64,000 nt of DNA from a virus (taxonomy: Duplodnaviria; Heunggongvirae; Uroviricota; Caudoviricetes): IMG/VR virus record IMGVR_UViG_3300031758_000002. One strand, 5' to 3'. Positions 9,148 through 19,098 of this stretch are shown here, one piece after another (positions within the stretch are counted from its first letter, which is position 1; each line of letters begins with the position of its first letter). A program made the translations under genes and the position numbers. The notes under the pieces were generated by a model. That model made no database searches. It was not told the origin of the DNA and saw only the letters and a list, made by a program, of their open reading frames with translations.

Positions 9148-11408
9148 TACTGTCCTTGGAATATATAACTATTATCATCTTGGAATACAAACTCAAAGTC
9201 GTCTTGGAAAACTTTTTGATATACTCCACATTCCACACAAGATATGTCATAATCTATTAACAAATTAATTATTACTCTTGTGTCATCCAATTGTGTTGTT
9301 ACCGTAGGTTGACAAGTTGTGCCTCCAGTTAAACAACCACTCTTAATTATTATTTTATTAGTTTCAATATTGGTTTCAACCGAAGTAATTCCCGAAAAAC
9401 CATATAAAGAAGTTTTAATTTCATTAACCCATTCCTCATCTGTTGGGTAATCATCAAGTCCTGTTGATGTATAAAATACGGTTTGAGAATTAACACCATT
9501 TACTGTCACATCAAGCGTAAAAATAGCAGAATTTAATATACAATTAGTATCTCCCGATGTTAAATCAAAGAAACCTTCATTTAACATTTGTTGTATACCT
9601 CTTCTACCAAGAGTACCACTATTTTGGAAATTATTAGAACATACTCTATATGTTTGATAACTACTATATAGTACTGTTCCAAATAATTCAATCGTTTTAA
9701 TTAATGCACATCCATTATCATCAATTACCTCTAATGAATATGTTCCCGCAGTTAAACCAGTCACGGTAGTTCCTGTTTGTCCATTAACATTAGAACTCCA
9801 ATTTAAAATAAACGGTGGCTCCCCACTTGTTATTAATACATCAAGTTCTCCATCATTCCCACTTATAGGTTGTGTAGCAAAAAAATCAAAATACACTGGA
9901 GACGATCCTGTAATATATACCGTTTCAATTTGTTGACAACCTCCTGAATCCGTTACAGTTACATCATAAAATCCTGGAGATAAATTACTAAATGTTGATA
10001 CGGGTCCAGGTGGAAATCCGGTGATTTGATAGGTATATGGTAGTGTACCCCCACTTGACGCTAAAATCTGTATTGTCCCATTATTAAAACCACAAGTTGT
10101 ACCTGTGGTATTTGCGGTAATTGTATATAAATTAGTATTATTTATTATTGTTGTTGCGGTAAATACACAAGAACCTCCACTAATCAAAATAGTATATGTA
10201 TCCGATGATAATGGTGGCGAATGATAATTATTACCTTCAGTTGATGTAGATACAGTATTACCTAAAGAATTTATTAAAGTGTAAACATATGTACCAACAT
10301 TAGAACCACCATTTAATTCAATAAAAATTTGTCCGTCACTATTATTACAATTTGAATTAACCGTACTAAGATTAAGAATTGAGAATCCGTTAGGTGTTAA
10401 TAATGTTGTTGTTTGTGAGCTAGTACATAATCCAGCATCGGTAACATTAACAGTAAAATCACCTGAAGATAACCCCGTAAATGTATAACTATCTGAGAAT
10501 GAAATTGCGACACTACCATTTGATCCTGAATAATAGAAAGGTGATGTCCCTCCTGTAAGTTGGACTGTAACCTCCCCGTCATTTGAGAAACAACTTGGTG
10601 ACACAATAGTAAAATTAACAATACCAACAGGTAACACTTGGTTCACCGTAATATTTGTTAGTGTTTTTGAACATCCTAACGAATCCGTCATAGTCACACT
10701 ATAAACACCGCTCGTTAATCCTGTAACTGTAGAACCTGTTTGTCCATTCGCATTACTACTCCAACTATATGTATATGGTGATGTTCCCGTCTGTCCTGTA
10801 ACAATTATCTTCCCACTTCCATCAAGTGCAACACAACTACCATCATTTATAACATAAACACCAAAATCAACCGTTGTTGAGGATTTTACAATACAACTTT
10901 CACTTTTCCCAGTACATCCACCTCCATCATTTCCGATAACATAATATGTACCACCTGATAATGAATTAAAAGTATAACTACCAAGGGTTGTTGCACCACT
11001 TGATTGATACCCATTTGTTGTTTCATATAGAAAAACTTCTCCACCCCCATAATCAACTGAGAATGTTGAGGTTAAAGATCCGTTATTATTACCACAAGTT
11101 GTATTTGTTGTTGACGATATTGATAAACAACTACCTGTAGATATATTAAAATTTATTATTGCGGATGAAGGTCCTGGACTTAAACAAGAATCCGTAATTT
11201 CCAAACTATATGAACCACCAGTTAAACCACTAAAATAATATGAAGTAGTAGACGCAGAAGTCGGTAACAAACCTGATGTGGTTAATTCCATTACAGAATA
11301 TGGAGGAGCGGTACTTCCTGTAATATCAAATGATACTACTCCAGCACCTATATTAGAGCAATCTCCGCTTACAAAATAATTATACACATATGGTAAACCA
11401 CAACTCAT
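9147..11408 (-). CDS. Virion surface protein with multiple SprB-like repeats
   Basis: 753 aa. Repeated G.I.V...GGT.PY.YSWS.......GLT.G.YSVT.TD.GC units. Ends KVFQDDFEFVFQDDNSYIFQGQ. Confidence 0.75.
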   Translation of the reverse strand: MSCGLPYVYNYFVSGDCSNIGAGVVSFDITGSTAPPYSVMELTTSGLLPTSASTTSYYFSGLTGGSYSLEITDSCLSPGPSSAIINFNISTGSCLSISSTTNTTCGNNNGSLTSTFSVDYGGGEVFLYETTNGYQSSGATTLGSYTFNSLSGGTYYVIGNDGGGCTGKSESCIVKSSTTVDFGVYVINDGSCVALDGSGKIIVTGQTGTSPYTYSWSSNANGQTGSTVTGLTSGVYSVTMTDSLGCSKTLTNITVNQVLPVGIVNFTIVSPSCFSNDGEVTVQLTGGTSPFYYSGSNGSVAISFSDSYTFTGLSSGDFTVNVTDAGLCTSSQTTTLLTPNGFSILNLSTVNSNCNNSDGQIFIELNGGSNVGTYVYTLINSLGNTVSTSTEGNNYHSPPLSSDTYTILISGGSCVFTATTIINNTNLYTITANTTGTTCGFNNGTIQILASSGGTLPYTYQITGFPPGPVSTFSNLSPGFYDVTVTDSGGCQQIETVYITGSSPVYFDFFATQPISGNDGELDVLITSGEPPFILNWSSNVNGQTGTTVTGLTAGTYSLEVIDDNGCALIKTIELFGTVLYSSYQTYRVCSNNFQNSGTLGRRGIQQMLNEGFFDLTSGDTNCILNSAIFTLDVTVNGVNSQTVFYTSTGLDDYPTDEEWVNEIKTSLYGFSGITSVETNIETNKIIIKSGCLTGGTTCQPTVTTQLDDTRVIINLLIDYDISCVECGVYQKVFQDDFEFVFQDDNSYIFQGQ

Positions 11409-14400
11409 TAGTTACATAGTAAATTAAAATTTATTCCAACATTAAGTTCAAAACTTTGAACTACGCTTAATGGGATACAAGTACTATTAAATACAGTAAA
11501 ACTTGTTTCATCATCATTTAAATAATAACTTAACCCATATGTTTGTAAATCAACAAAACTTGTTTGTATTGCATCAACCCAAGTTTGTCCGCTTGGTACA
11601 GATAATGGGTTATTATATCCAACCCCATTGAAGAATGGGTAGTTAATAATATCATTTCCATTAAATTTAACATTCACATACCAAGTAGTTTGTAACGTAT
11701 TCATATCACAATCACCAAATGTTAAACCGTTTGATGATAGATAACCATTTAACATATCACCAAGAACATTACCAAATGAATTAATATAAGGATTTGTATC
11801 CCAAGGATACACTGAACAACTTACCGTTTGGATTGGACAATCGTAGGTAAATAATTGCCCCACTAATGTACATGGGTTACAAGGTACAAGTACTAATTGA
11901 CAACCCATCTGTCTTCTCCACACATATTTTTGCCTGTGGAATATTGAATTTTCGTACTTTGTACCGGCATTCCATATTGTTGTTGCCGGAACCATTTGTT
12001 CAATTAATCTAATCCAATAATCCCCAATACCATTTACATAATCTATCATTGTCTGATAAGTAAAATTGTCGTTTTTAATTCCCGCCAATTCTAGTGATTC
12101 AAGATATTTCCAATAAATTGACTGAAGTGTCGGATAACCTCCCGTCTTTCCATCAGTAATAAATTGTCTATTTCTAACATTAATTGTGTTATGCCAAAAA
12201 CTTTGAGCAAATTCAAAAAATGTTTTTTGTTTTGGTTTTGGTATAATTTCAGTCCAATCTATTCCCCCTCTTTGTGGGTATGGTGTGTTAGGATTTGGGT
12301 TACAGTATGTTGGTGCAATATAATTCAATCCTTCTTCAGGTATTGGGTAATTATATTGTCGTGACATATTCCAAACATCGTAAACAAGTCCCTGAGCTGG
12401 ATTCATAAAAATGTCAATATTTTTAACATTCAACACTAATCTATCATCATCAGTAGGGTAATAAGCTGTAAATCCACCATCAGTACTTCTCCTAATAATT
12501 TCATTATTTACCACCCAACTTTTTTTATTATCCGCAGTTTTTCGTAATTTAAAACCTAAATCCATATATGGAAATTGTTTAAATCTCTGTAAATATTCTT
12601 CCCCGTAATTGAATGGTTGTAAAGTTGTTTGATAATTTGGGTTTGCACCTGTAAATACACTAGTCGTCAAATCAACTTGTGCCGGCATTCTATGTTGTGG
12701 TGTAGATTCTATCCATCCTCCCCCAATTTGGAAGAAGAAATTATCACTGTCTACAGGCATACTTGGATAACCAAAACTATCTATAGGGTAATCAACTTTG
12801 GTTACTGTAATATCTTGAGTTACAGTATTTGTTGTGAATCCCGTATACTGAACACCCATAATTGAATATATGTCGGTAGTATCCAATACAGGTATATCCT
12901 GTACATATGTACCTCCCGATATTTGAGTATATTGTTCCCCAAATTGAGTTAAATTTATTCTCTGATCAGCAACATACACATATTCATTAAATTCGGTAAT
13001 GGCATCAGGAGCACCAATCAATCTCAACAACATTTCAATTGATTTTCTTGTTCCTTTTGACTTAAATAGATATGCGGAATTTAATATTAAATTTCTATAA
13101 TATTGATAATTAATTTCTTCAGGAGTTTGTCCTTTAGAAAGTCCTGTAAATGTATTTTCCCCACTTGAGAATACAGAATCTAATAATTGTTCGTTAGTGA
13201 TTGGTGAAATATTATCTTTCCACCCTAAAGTTTGTGCTAAATTTTTTAAAAGTTGTGATGGGATATCATTTTTAACGGTATAATGAACTGAATTCATATA
13301 CGCTAAAGCACCTATGAATTTTTTTGTTTCATCAAAACTTCTACCATATATTTGTAATATTTTTTCTACTTTTTGATCCGATGTATCAAATTCTTTTATC
13401 GCACCTGTAGTTAAAAATCTAGAAATTAAATTTGTTCTATATTCATCTAAATTTTCCGCAACACTACTTAATTTTAATAGATAACTATTAAAATCATTAC
13501 CACTAATACTTAAATTCCAAATACCACTTAATGGGAAAATTACAACTTCTTGAGTGATAGTATAAGTACCATCATCATTTTCAATTGGTTTATTAAAATA
13601 AGCACTATATTTTGGTGAAATTTCTCTATTTAATAAAAAGTTTTCAACTTGATCAAACTCCTCATTGAAGACTTTGTTAACATAGAAGTCTGTTGGTCTT
13701 ATTATTATTGTTTTAAAAATCTCGGATTGTCCATTAAACGGGTTTCCTTCAATATACAATTTTAATGTTGTATCTGTGTCTGTTGTTGGTACTACTGTAT
13801 TAATTGGGTAATTTACCCCATCAATAATAACCGTATATTTTGAGTATTCCACCGTTAAATTTCTCAATGGAGATACTGTAATCTCTCTTAATTGTAAGTT
13901 TCTTGTTGCATTAATACTAAAATCAATGTCAAACGGATTACGAATAAGATATAATGGAATTTCAAAATATGTCTCATTTTCAATAACATCATACGATGAG
14001 GTTGTAACTGTTTGTCCTGTTACAAATCTTGTTGTTGATGAAAATATCTCTAACGCCGCAGGAAAGTAATTAATAATTTTAGTTATGGATACTGAAAATC
14101 TTTTAGCCAAAGAACCATAAATTGTAAAATTAGTAATTTCACTTAAATCATAATTTGGGTATACTTGAAAATTTTTATTTACCAATAATTTTGATTGTTC
14201 AATATCGGTAATATTCATTGATTCCAAAGAAATTGGATCGGAAAATGATCCAATTGAGAAATTTCTATTAACTTTTTCGGTCACATTGGTAGTGAACTCA
14301 AAATTTGCTTGAGTAAAACCTCCACCGTCAACTAATTGAAATCCGACAAGATTGTCAGAAAAACTTCCTTCTCCGCTAGCCTGTGGTGGGCAAGTATACT

Positions 14401-14413
14401 TAATAATTGCCAT
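11408..14413 (-). CDS. Baseplate wedge subunit, gp7/P2 gpI-like (expanded)
   Basis: 1001 aa. LKNLAQTLGW...YRNLILNSAYLFKSKGTRKSIEMLLRLIG matches the gpI/gp7 KGT motif. Downstream of gp6-like gene. Confidence 0.6.
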   Translation of the reverse strand: MAIIKYTCPPQASGEGSFSDNLVGFQLVDGGGFTQANFEFTTNVTEKVNRNFSIGSFSDPISLESMNITDIEQSKLLVNKNFQVYPNYDLSEITNFTIYGSLAKRFSVSITKIINYFPAALEIFSSTTRFVTGQTVTTSSYDVIENETYFEIPLYLIRNPFDIDFSINATRNLQLREITVSPLRNLTVEYSKYTVIIDGVNYPINTVVPTTDTDTTLKLYIEGNPFNGQSEIFKTIIIRPTDFYVNKVFNEEFDQVENFLLNREISPKYSAYFNKPIENDDGTYTITQEVVIFPLSGIWNLSISGNDFNSYLLKLSSVAENLDEYRTNLISRFLTTGAIKEFDTSDQKVEKILQIYGRSFDETKKFIGALAYMNSVHYTVKNDIPSQLLKNLAQTLGWKDNISPITNEQLLDSVFSSGENTFTGLSKGQTPEEINYQYYRNLILNSAYLFKSKGTRKSIEMLLRLIGAPDAITEFNEYVYVADQRINLTQFGEQYTQISGGTYVQDIPVLDTTDIYSIMGVQYTGFTTNTVTQDITVTKVDYPIDSFGYPSMPVDSDNFFFQIGGGWIESTPQHRMPAQVDLTTSVFTGANPNYQTTLQPFNYGEEYLQRFKQFPYMDLGFKLRKTADNKKSWVVNNEIIRRSTDGGFTAYYPTDDDRLVLNVKNIDIFMNPAQGLVYDVWNMSRQYNYPIPEEGLNYIAPTYCNPNPNTPYPQRGGIDWTEIIPKPKQKTFFEFAQSFWHNTINVRNRQFITDGKTGGYPTLQSIYWKYLESLELAGIKNDNFTYQTMIDYVNGIGDYWIRLIEQMVPATTIWNAGTKYENSIFHRQKYVWRRQMGCQLVLVPCNPCTLVGQLFTYDCPIQTVSCSVYPWDTNPYINSFGNVLGDMLNGYLSSNGLTFGDCDMNTLQTTWYVNVKFNGNDIINYPFFNGVGYNNPLSVPSGQTWVDAIQTSFVDLQTYGLSYYLNDDETSFTVFNSTCIPLSVVQSFELNVGINFNLLCN

Positions 14414-15321
14414 TATCCTGTTATATTTGTAAAGTTTTTAGTAAAATCAATATTATTACCTCTGTCTTGTCTAACTTCATAAAGAAGTTCATTAAACTGA
14501 TCTCTAATTTCGTATAAGTTGTATTGTTTGTATATATTATTTTCACTGTCGTAAATAGTGTAAATACCATCATCAATTGACTTAGTTTGATTCCCATAAA
14601 GAGCAAGTGCCAATGTTGATATATCGTGCTCAACAATCTCAATTTCAGTGGTTACCGGATTAAAATATGTATTACTAATAACAATATCTTGATTTGGTTG
14701 TCCAATGAATGGTGTTGCGTTTGGTTTATTAGTTGGTGATGATGATGGTGAAAGCGTACAAAAAATTAAATTAGTTGTTCCTTCAGTATATCTATATCTA
14801 ATTGATTTTTGTGATGTATTTGTAAGATTTTGTATTACTGGCTCACAATAAAAAGATGAGGTTATCATCCTAAAAAAGTTCGGTATCTTTGTTCCATCAG
14901 AATTTAAATATTCAACTCTAAATCCAATTAAACCTTGATTAATAAAATTATTCCTAAATTGTGTTGGGACATTATTAACATCAATAACAATCCCTTTAAC
15001 ATTTGGTAATGCCGATAAAATACCACAATCTGTAATTCTAGTTCTTATCTCTGCCGGTCTAATATATAATGTATATATCCCTAATTTATTGAATACATCC
15101 GCAGGAAGTTTTAAGTTGTATAATCCACCTAAAATCTCAACATCCGCATTACCACCAGTATTGTTATTATTAAAATAAGGTCGTAATATTGTTTTTGCAT
15201 CCAATTTTGTTAAAACGAAATTATCAGTATCGTCTCTACTTGGAGTGTAATTCAAAATGATGTCTACATCATCAGGACTAACATCTGCCGGTCTAATTGT
15301 TCCGTAACTACCTGTTGCCAC
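14413..15321 (-). CDS. Conserved hypothetical protein, probably baseplate-associated
   Basis: 302 aa, GTG start, TAATG-coupled to the next gene, upstream TATTTATA motif. Confidence 0.55.
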   Translation of the reverse strand: MATGSYGTIRPADVSPDDVDIILNYTPSRDDTDNFVLTKLDAKTILRPYFNNNNTGGNADVEILGGLYNLKLPADVFNKLGIYTLYIRPAEIRTRITDCGILSALPNVKGIVIDVNNVPTQFRNNFINQGLIGFRVEYLNSDGTKIPNFFRMITSSFYCEPVIQNLTNTSQKSIRYRYTEGTTNLIFCTLSPSSSPTNKPNATPFIGQPNQDIVISNTYFNPVTTEIEIVEHDISTLALALYGNQTKSIDDGIYTIYDSENNIYKQYNLYEIRDQFNELLYEVRQDRGNNIDFTKNFTNITG

Positions 15322-15355
15322 TATTAATATCTTTTATATTGTTTATCGTTTTAAA

Positions 15356-15363
15356 TATAAATA
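15356..15363 (-). promoter_or_regulatory. TATTTATA upstream motif
   Basis: Upstream of the GTG at 15321. Confidence 0.55.
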
Positions 15364-15370
15364 CTTAAAA

Positions 15371-16543
15371 TCATTGTTTTTCCACATTAAAAAACCCATA
15401 TCCATATTTGGTTAAGTCACCAACATTATCAACTTCACCAAGTCTTTCAATATATTCTAATGCAGACATTTTACCTCTTTCTATGAATATATTGGACTGT
15501 ATTTCGGGTTGATCAATGACATTAATTAATGCCTCATTTTTTGTTAATGCCGACAATACCAAATCATCTTGAGTGAAACCTGAAGACTGTATTACATATA
15601 ATGTTGTACCATCAGGATAGTCATAATAATCAACACCATCTATCGTATATGAAACATAAGTTCCACTTGGGTCAGGACCCCAATATGTACCAACACTATT
15701 TGATGTTCCTGTCACTTGAATGCCAGGTTTAAACTTCCCTTCAGCTAATAAATATTTAGGTCCATACTGAGCTAAGTCATTTATAGATGATTGGGTATAT
15801 CCTGTGATTGTGAATGGTACTGTGGTGTAATTATAACTATAGAAATCATCTATATTTGTATTAGAATCACCACTAAATATATAATCATAATTAAATGAAG
15901 TTGCCGACCAATTACCACCCGCAGGTGTAAATGTTGCGACACCAAACGGATCTAAATTAGGTACAAAAACAAACGGTACAGTTATTGTTTTTGATACTTG
16001 GGATATTCCCCAAGGTGATGTCGCAGTCATCGTTATTGTGTACTGACCATTACCTATTGGGTAACTATGTGATAATGGTGCCGTTCCTGTTATTGTCTGA
16101 ACTGTTGACCCATCACCCCAATCTACCTTAAATGTTGTTAATTCTAAAAACTTTTTTAACTCTAAATCTGAAGTATTATAAAAGTAATAGGTGTATGGAC
16201 TACCTGTCGTTGCAGAGAACATAAAGTTGGTGATAACTTCTTTTTGTAATATCGCACCATCAAAAACAGAATAATAACCGTAATCCACTCCTGTTTGAGT
16301 TAAGAGAATCGGTATAGTTAATCCTGTTAAAATTGATGTTCCTCCAGACGCTCCTGACAGAACATATGTCATTCCCGTATAAACACCTGTTGATCCTGTT
16401 AATGTATTCTCAGTTATTGCAGTTATTGGGCAACAAGGATCAACATCATAAATATAATCAGTACCACCAGTATAATTTACCGTAATTAAATCCCCTTTTA
16501 TATTTTCGGGTGATATTTTAAAATAATACTTTTGCTCAACCAT
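15371..16543 (-). CDS. PKD-domain virion protein
   Basis: 390 aa. FKVDWGDGSTVQTITGTAPLSHSY...YTITMTA is the PKD signature. Confidence 0.65.
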   Translation of the reverse strand: MVEQKYYFKISPENIKGDLITVNYTGGTDYIYDVDPCCPITAITENTLTGSTGVYTGMTYVLSGASGGTSILTGLTIPILLTQTGVDYGYYSVFDGAILQKEVITNFMFSATTGSPYTYYFYNTSDLELKKFLELTTFKVDWGDGSTVQTITGTAPLSHSYPIGNGQYTITMTATSPWGISQVSKTITVPFVFVPNLDPFGVATFTPAGGNWSATSFNYDYIFSGDSNTNIDDFYSYNYTTVPFTITGYTQSSINDLAQYGPKYLLAEGKFKPGIQVTGTSNSVGTYWGPDPSGTYVSYTIDGVDYYDYPDGTTLYVIQSSGFTQDDLVLSALTKNEALINVIDQPEIQSNIFIERGKMSALEYIERLGEVDNVGDLTKYGYGFFNVEKQ

Positions 16544-16544
16544 T

Positions 16545-17363
16545 TTATACAGGATTTACATATTCAAACCAAATAATTGGGTTATTTTCCAACCCCACTC
16601 TTTGTACATTATTATCAGGTCGGTAAACCTGATAAGTTTTATTGTTATAATTTAAATTAACTTTATAATAAAAATAATTATCACCATTAAATGTGTACGG
16701 ATTTGGTATTTGGAACTGTGGTTGATTAACCATAGTTGCGTAAGTCCCTGTTCTTCCATTAAAGAACTTTGCCGACATATAAAATTCTGTTAAATCTATA
16801 AAGTCTCTCTTTCTTAACCAATATATAAAAAACCCTTCCTTATCACCAATAAAATCCAATCTCATTGTTGGTTTTTTAACATCAACATTTGGTAATAATG
16901 TAGATATTGAAACCGACTCTGTAAACCCTTGTTGTACAGGTAAAATTATGGTAAAATATATTTTTTGACTTATTGGATCCGCAGTGTCATAAAAATCTAA
17001 TTTAAAAAATGATTTAGTGAACGGATTACTATAATAGTATATTTCTTTCTCAGTAAACCCAACTGTAGTATAACTACTCACATAGTTAGAAATATTTGCC
17101 GATGGTATATTTTGAGGTAGCCCGTTATAAAAATAAAACTCATAATTTAACGAAGTTTTTAAAACATTTAATATATCGTAATTATCATGTGAAAATCTAT
17201 CAACTTCAAAATCATTTGGTATTCCAACTATCTCACCTAAAATGGTTTTTTCATAATCTTCAATACCACCATCTCTTCCTCCAAAGTCCCACTTAAGTTC
17301 AATTGGAATGTCAATTTGTTTGTCATTTGCGGGGATTACTATCTTATATTTATTCACACTCAT
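16545..17363 (-). CDS. Hypothetical protein in baseplate operon
   Basis: 272 aa, tightly packed between structural genes. Confidence 0.55.
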   Translation of the reverse strand: MSVNKYKIVIPANDKQIDIPIELKWDFGGRDGGIEDYEKTILGEIVGIPNDFEVDRFSHDNYDILNVLKTSLNYEFYFYNGLPQNIPSANISNYVSSYTTVGFTEKEIYYYSNPFTKSFFKLDFYDTADPISQKIYFTIILPVQQGFTESVSISTLLPNVDVKKPTMRLDFIGDKEGFFIYWLRKRDFIDLTEFYMSAKFFNGRTGTYATMVNQPQFQIPNPYTFNGDNYFYYKVNLNYNNKTYQVYRPDNNVQRVGLENNPIIWFEYVNPV

Positions 17364-19098
17364 CTATTGTAGGTTCTGCAATTTCGTTTATGAATTGGTT
17401 ACCAATTTGACTACCTTCAGGTATTAATCTAAATATGTTTTCAACAAACGGATAATGTTTTCCATTAATAAATGGGAAGTCAACACCAATACCACTTGCA
17501 TCAATATATCCAAAAGGATATAAATCTCTCCATCTAAAACTATTTGATAAATTTGAATAGAACGAATAATCGGGTACCCCAACGATTAATTGAGCATCAC
17601 CTTCTTCAATATAATCAGAAAATCTTCTGATTACTACAGTTTTATGTGGTTGATAATAGTATCCTAATTGATTTGTATTATTAGATGTAGTATTACCAGT
17701 TAAATTAAAATATGTTGGGTTAAATGTAAATTTGTGTAGAATATTTGATATTACTCTTTCTTCTTGGTTGTATGCATTAAATTCACAGTAATCTCCGTCA
17801 ACTATATCACCTATTTGTAAATTTTCATTATAAACAAAAGGTCCAACAGGTGGTGTAGTTTGACTAAAATAAATACCTATTGGTAAATTAGCATCTGACG
17901 ATACATTATTTATATCCCACCAAGGTGAAGGTTCATTATTAACTAATGGTAGGTTGAATGTAAATCCTTCCTTTAATGGGTTTGTCCACCCAAAATAACC
18001 TTTCCATATAGTAGTGAAGTATAATTCACTTAAAGGTCGTTTTTGATTATCAATTAATCCTGTTATATCAATGTCAGAATTAAATGTTAATGTGTAAGAT
18101 TGATTACCTTCCTTAACAGATGTTCTTACAAGATTATTTGGGGTTAAAACTGCAGGTTCTAACTTACTTTTTGATGTAAATATATTTTGTTCAAATCCGG
18201 CTTTAACCAACACTGCGTTATCAGAACTTGTGAGTATTTTATGTCTTCTCACATAATAAGTTGACATTGTTTCCCCTGAATTCGCATCATCCAATACTTT
18301 TTTAAAAGTACCAGTAACTCCCTGATTAAATGTTGTACCGATATAACCTATGTTGTCTATGTTGAAAATGTACTCTTCACTACCAAACCCCGTATCACCT
18401 AAACTAGATACTAAAAACAACTGATCTCCAAAATAATCAAAAGATAAATAAACATAATCCCCTATATTTAACCCATGTGGCATAACACATCTAAAAGATA
18501 TAACTCTTGTATTGTCATTACTTCCAACAACAATAATAAATGGGATACCATCAGATGCCACCCACGACCAAGATGTTGTTGTTTGTTGATCAACCGCTTC
18601 TAATTGTTTGTTTGGGTTATTATCATAAGCATAACTCATGTAATGAGTCCAATTATATGTAGTCGCACTTTTATTAACAAAAGTCAAATGATTATTTGGG
18701 GGTTGTGTGTATCCAGGATTATTATTATCCGTTCTAATAAAATCAAATTCAAAATACTGAGGATAACCATCCCAAGGTAAATTTGGGTTTACAGTTGCGG
18801 TAACCGCATTTTGTATTGCGTTTGCATAAAACATATTATTTTTAAACGGAGTATAGTTTGTAGATCCAACATAATTATTTTTAAATATGAATGAAAATTT
18901 ACAAGTAGGTCTAAAAATTTGAGACGCTTCCCTTTCATTAATATAAAGTTGTTGTAAATTTACATCCGCAGTTCTATCAAATTCAATATTTTCTCTTTGT
19001 GTCTGTTCTAATGTTATATTAGATAGCATATCAACATTAGGAGAAACTTTATTTCTCAGAGATCCTAAAATAATTCTTGTTTCGTTATCAATACCCAT
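17350..19098 (-). CDS. Hypothetical structural protein in baseplate operon
   Basis: 582 aa, TAATG-coupled to the upstream 1754-aa gene, beta-rich and aromatic. Confidence 0.55.
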   Translation of the reverse strand: MGIDNETRIILGSLRNKVSPNVDMLSNITLEQTQRENIEFDRTADVNLQQLYINEREASQIFRPTCKFSFIFKNNYVGSTNYTPFKNNMFYANAIQNAVTATVNPNLPWDGYPQYFEFDFIRTDNNNPGYTQPPNNHLTFVNKSATTYNWTHYMSYAYDNNPNKQLEAVDQQTTTSWSWVASDGIPFIIVVGSNDNTRVISFRCVMPHGLNIGDYVYLSFDYFGDQLFLVSSLGDTGFGSEEYIFNIDNIGYIGTTFNQGVTGTFKKVLDDANSGETMSTYYVRRHKILTSSDNAVLVKAGFEQNIFTSKSKLEPAVLTPNNLVRTSVKEGNQSYTLTFNSDIDITGLIDNQKRPLSELYFTTIWKGYFGWTNPLKEGFTFNLPLVNNEPSPWWDINNVSSDANLPIGIYFSQTTPPVGPFVYNENLQIGDIVDGDYCEFNAYNQEERVISNILHKFTFNPTYFNLTGNTTSNNTNQLGYYYQPHKTVVIRRFSDYIEEGDAQLIVGVPDYSFYSNLSNSFRWRDLYPFGYIDASGIGVDFPFINGKHYPFVENIFRLIPEGSQIGNQFINEIAEPTIDECE

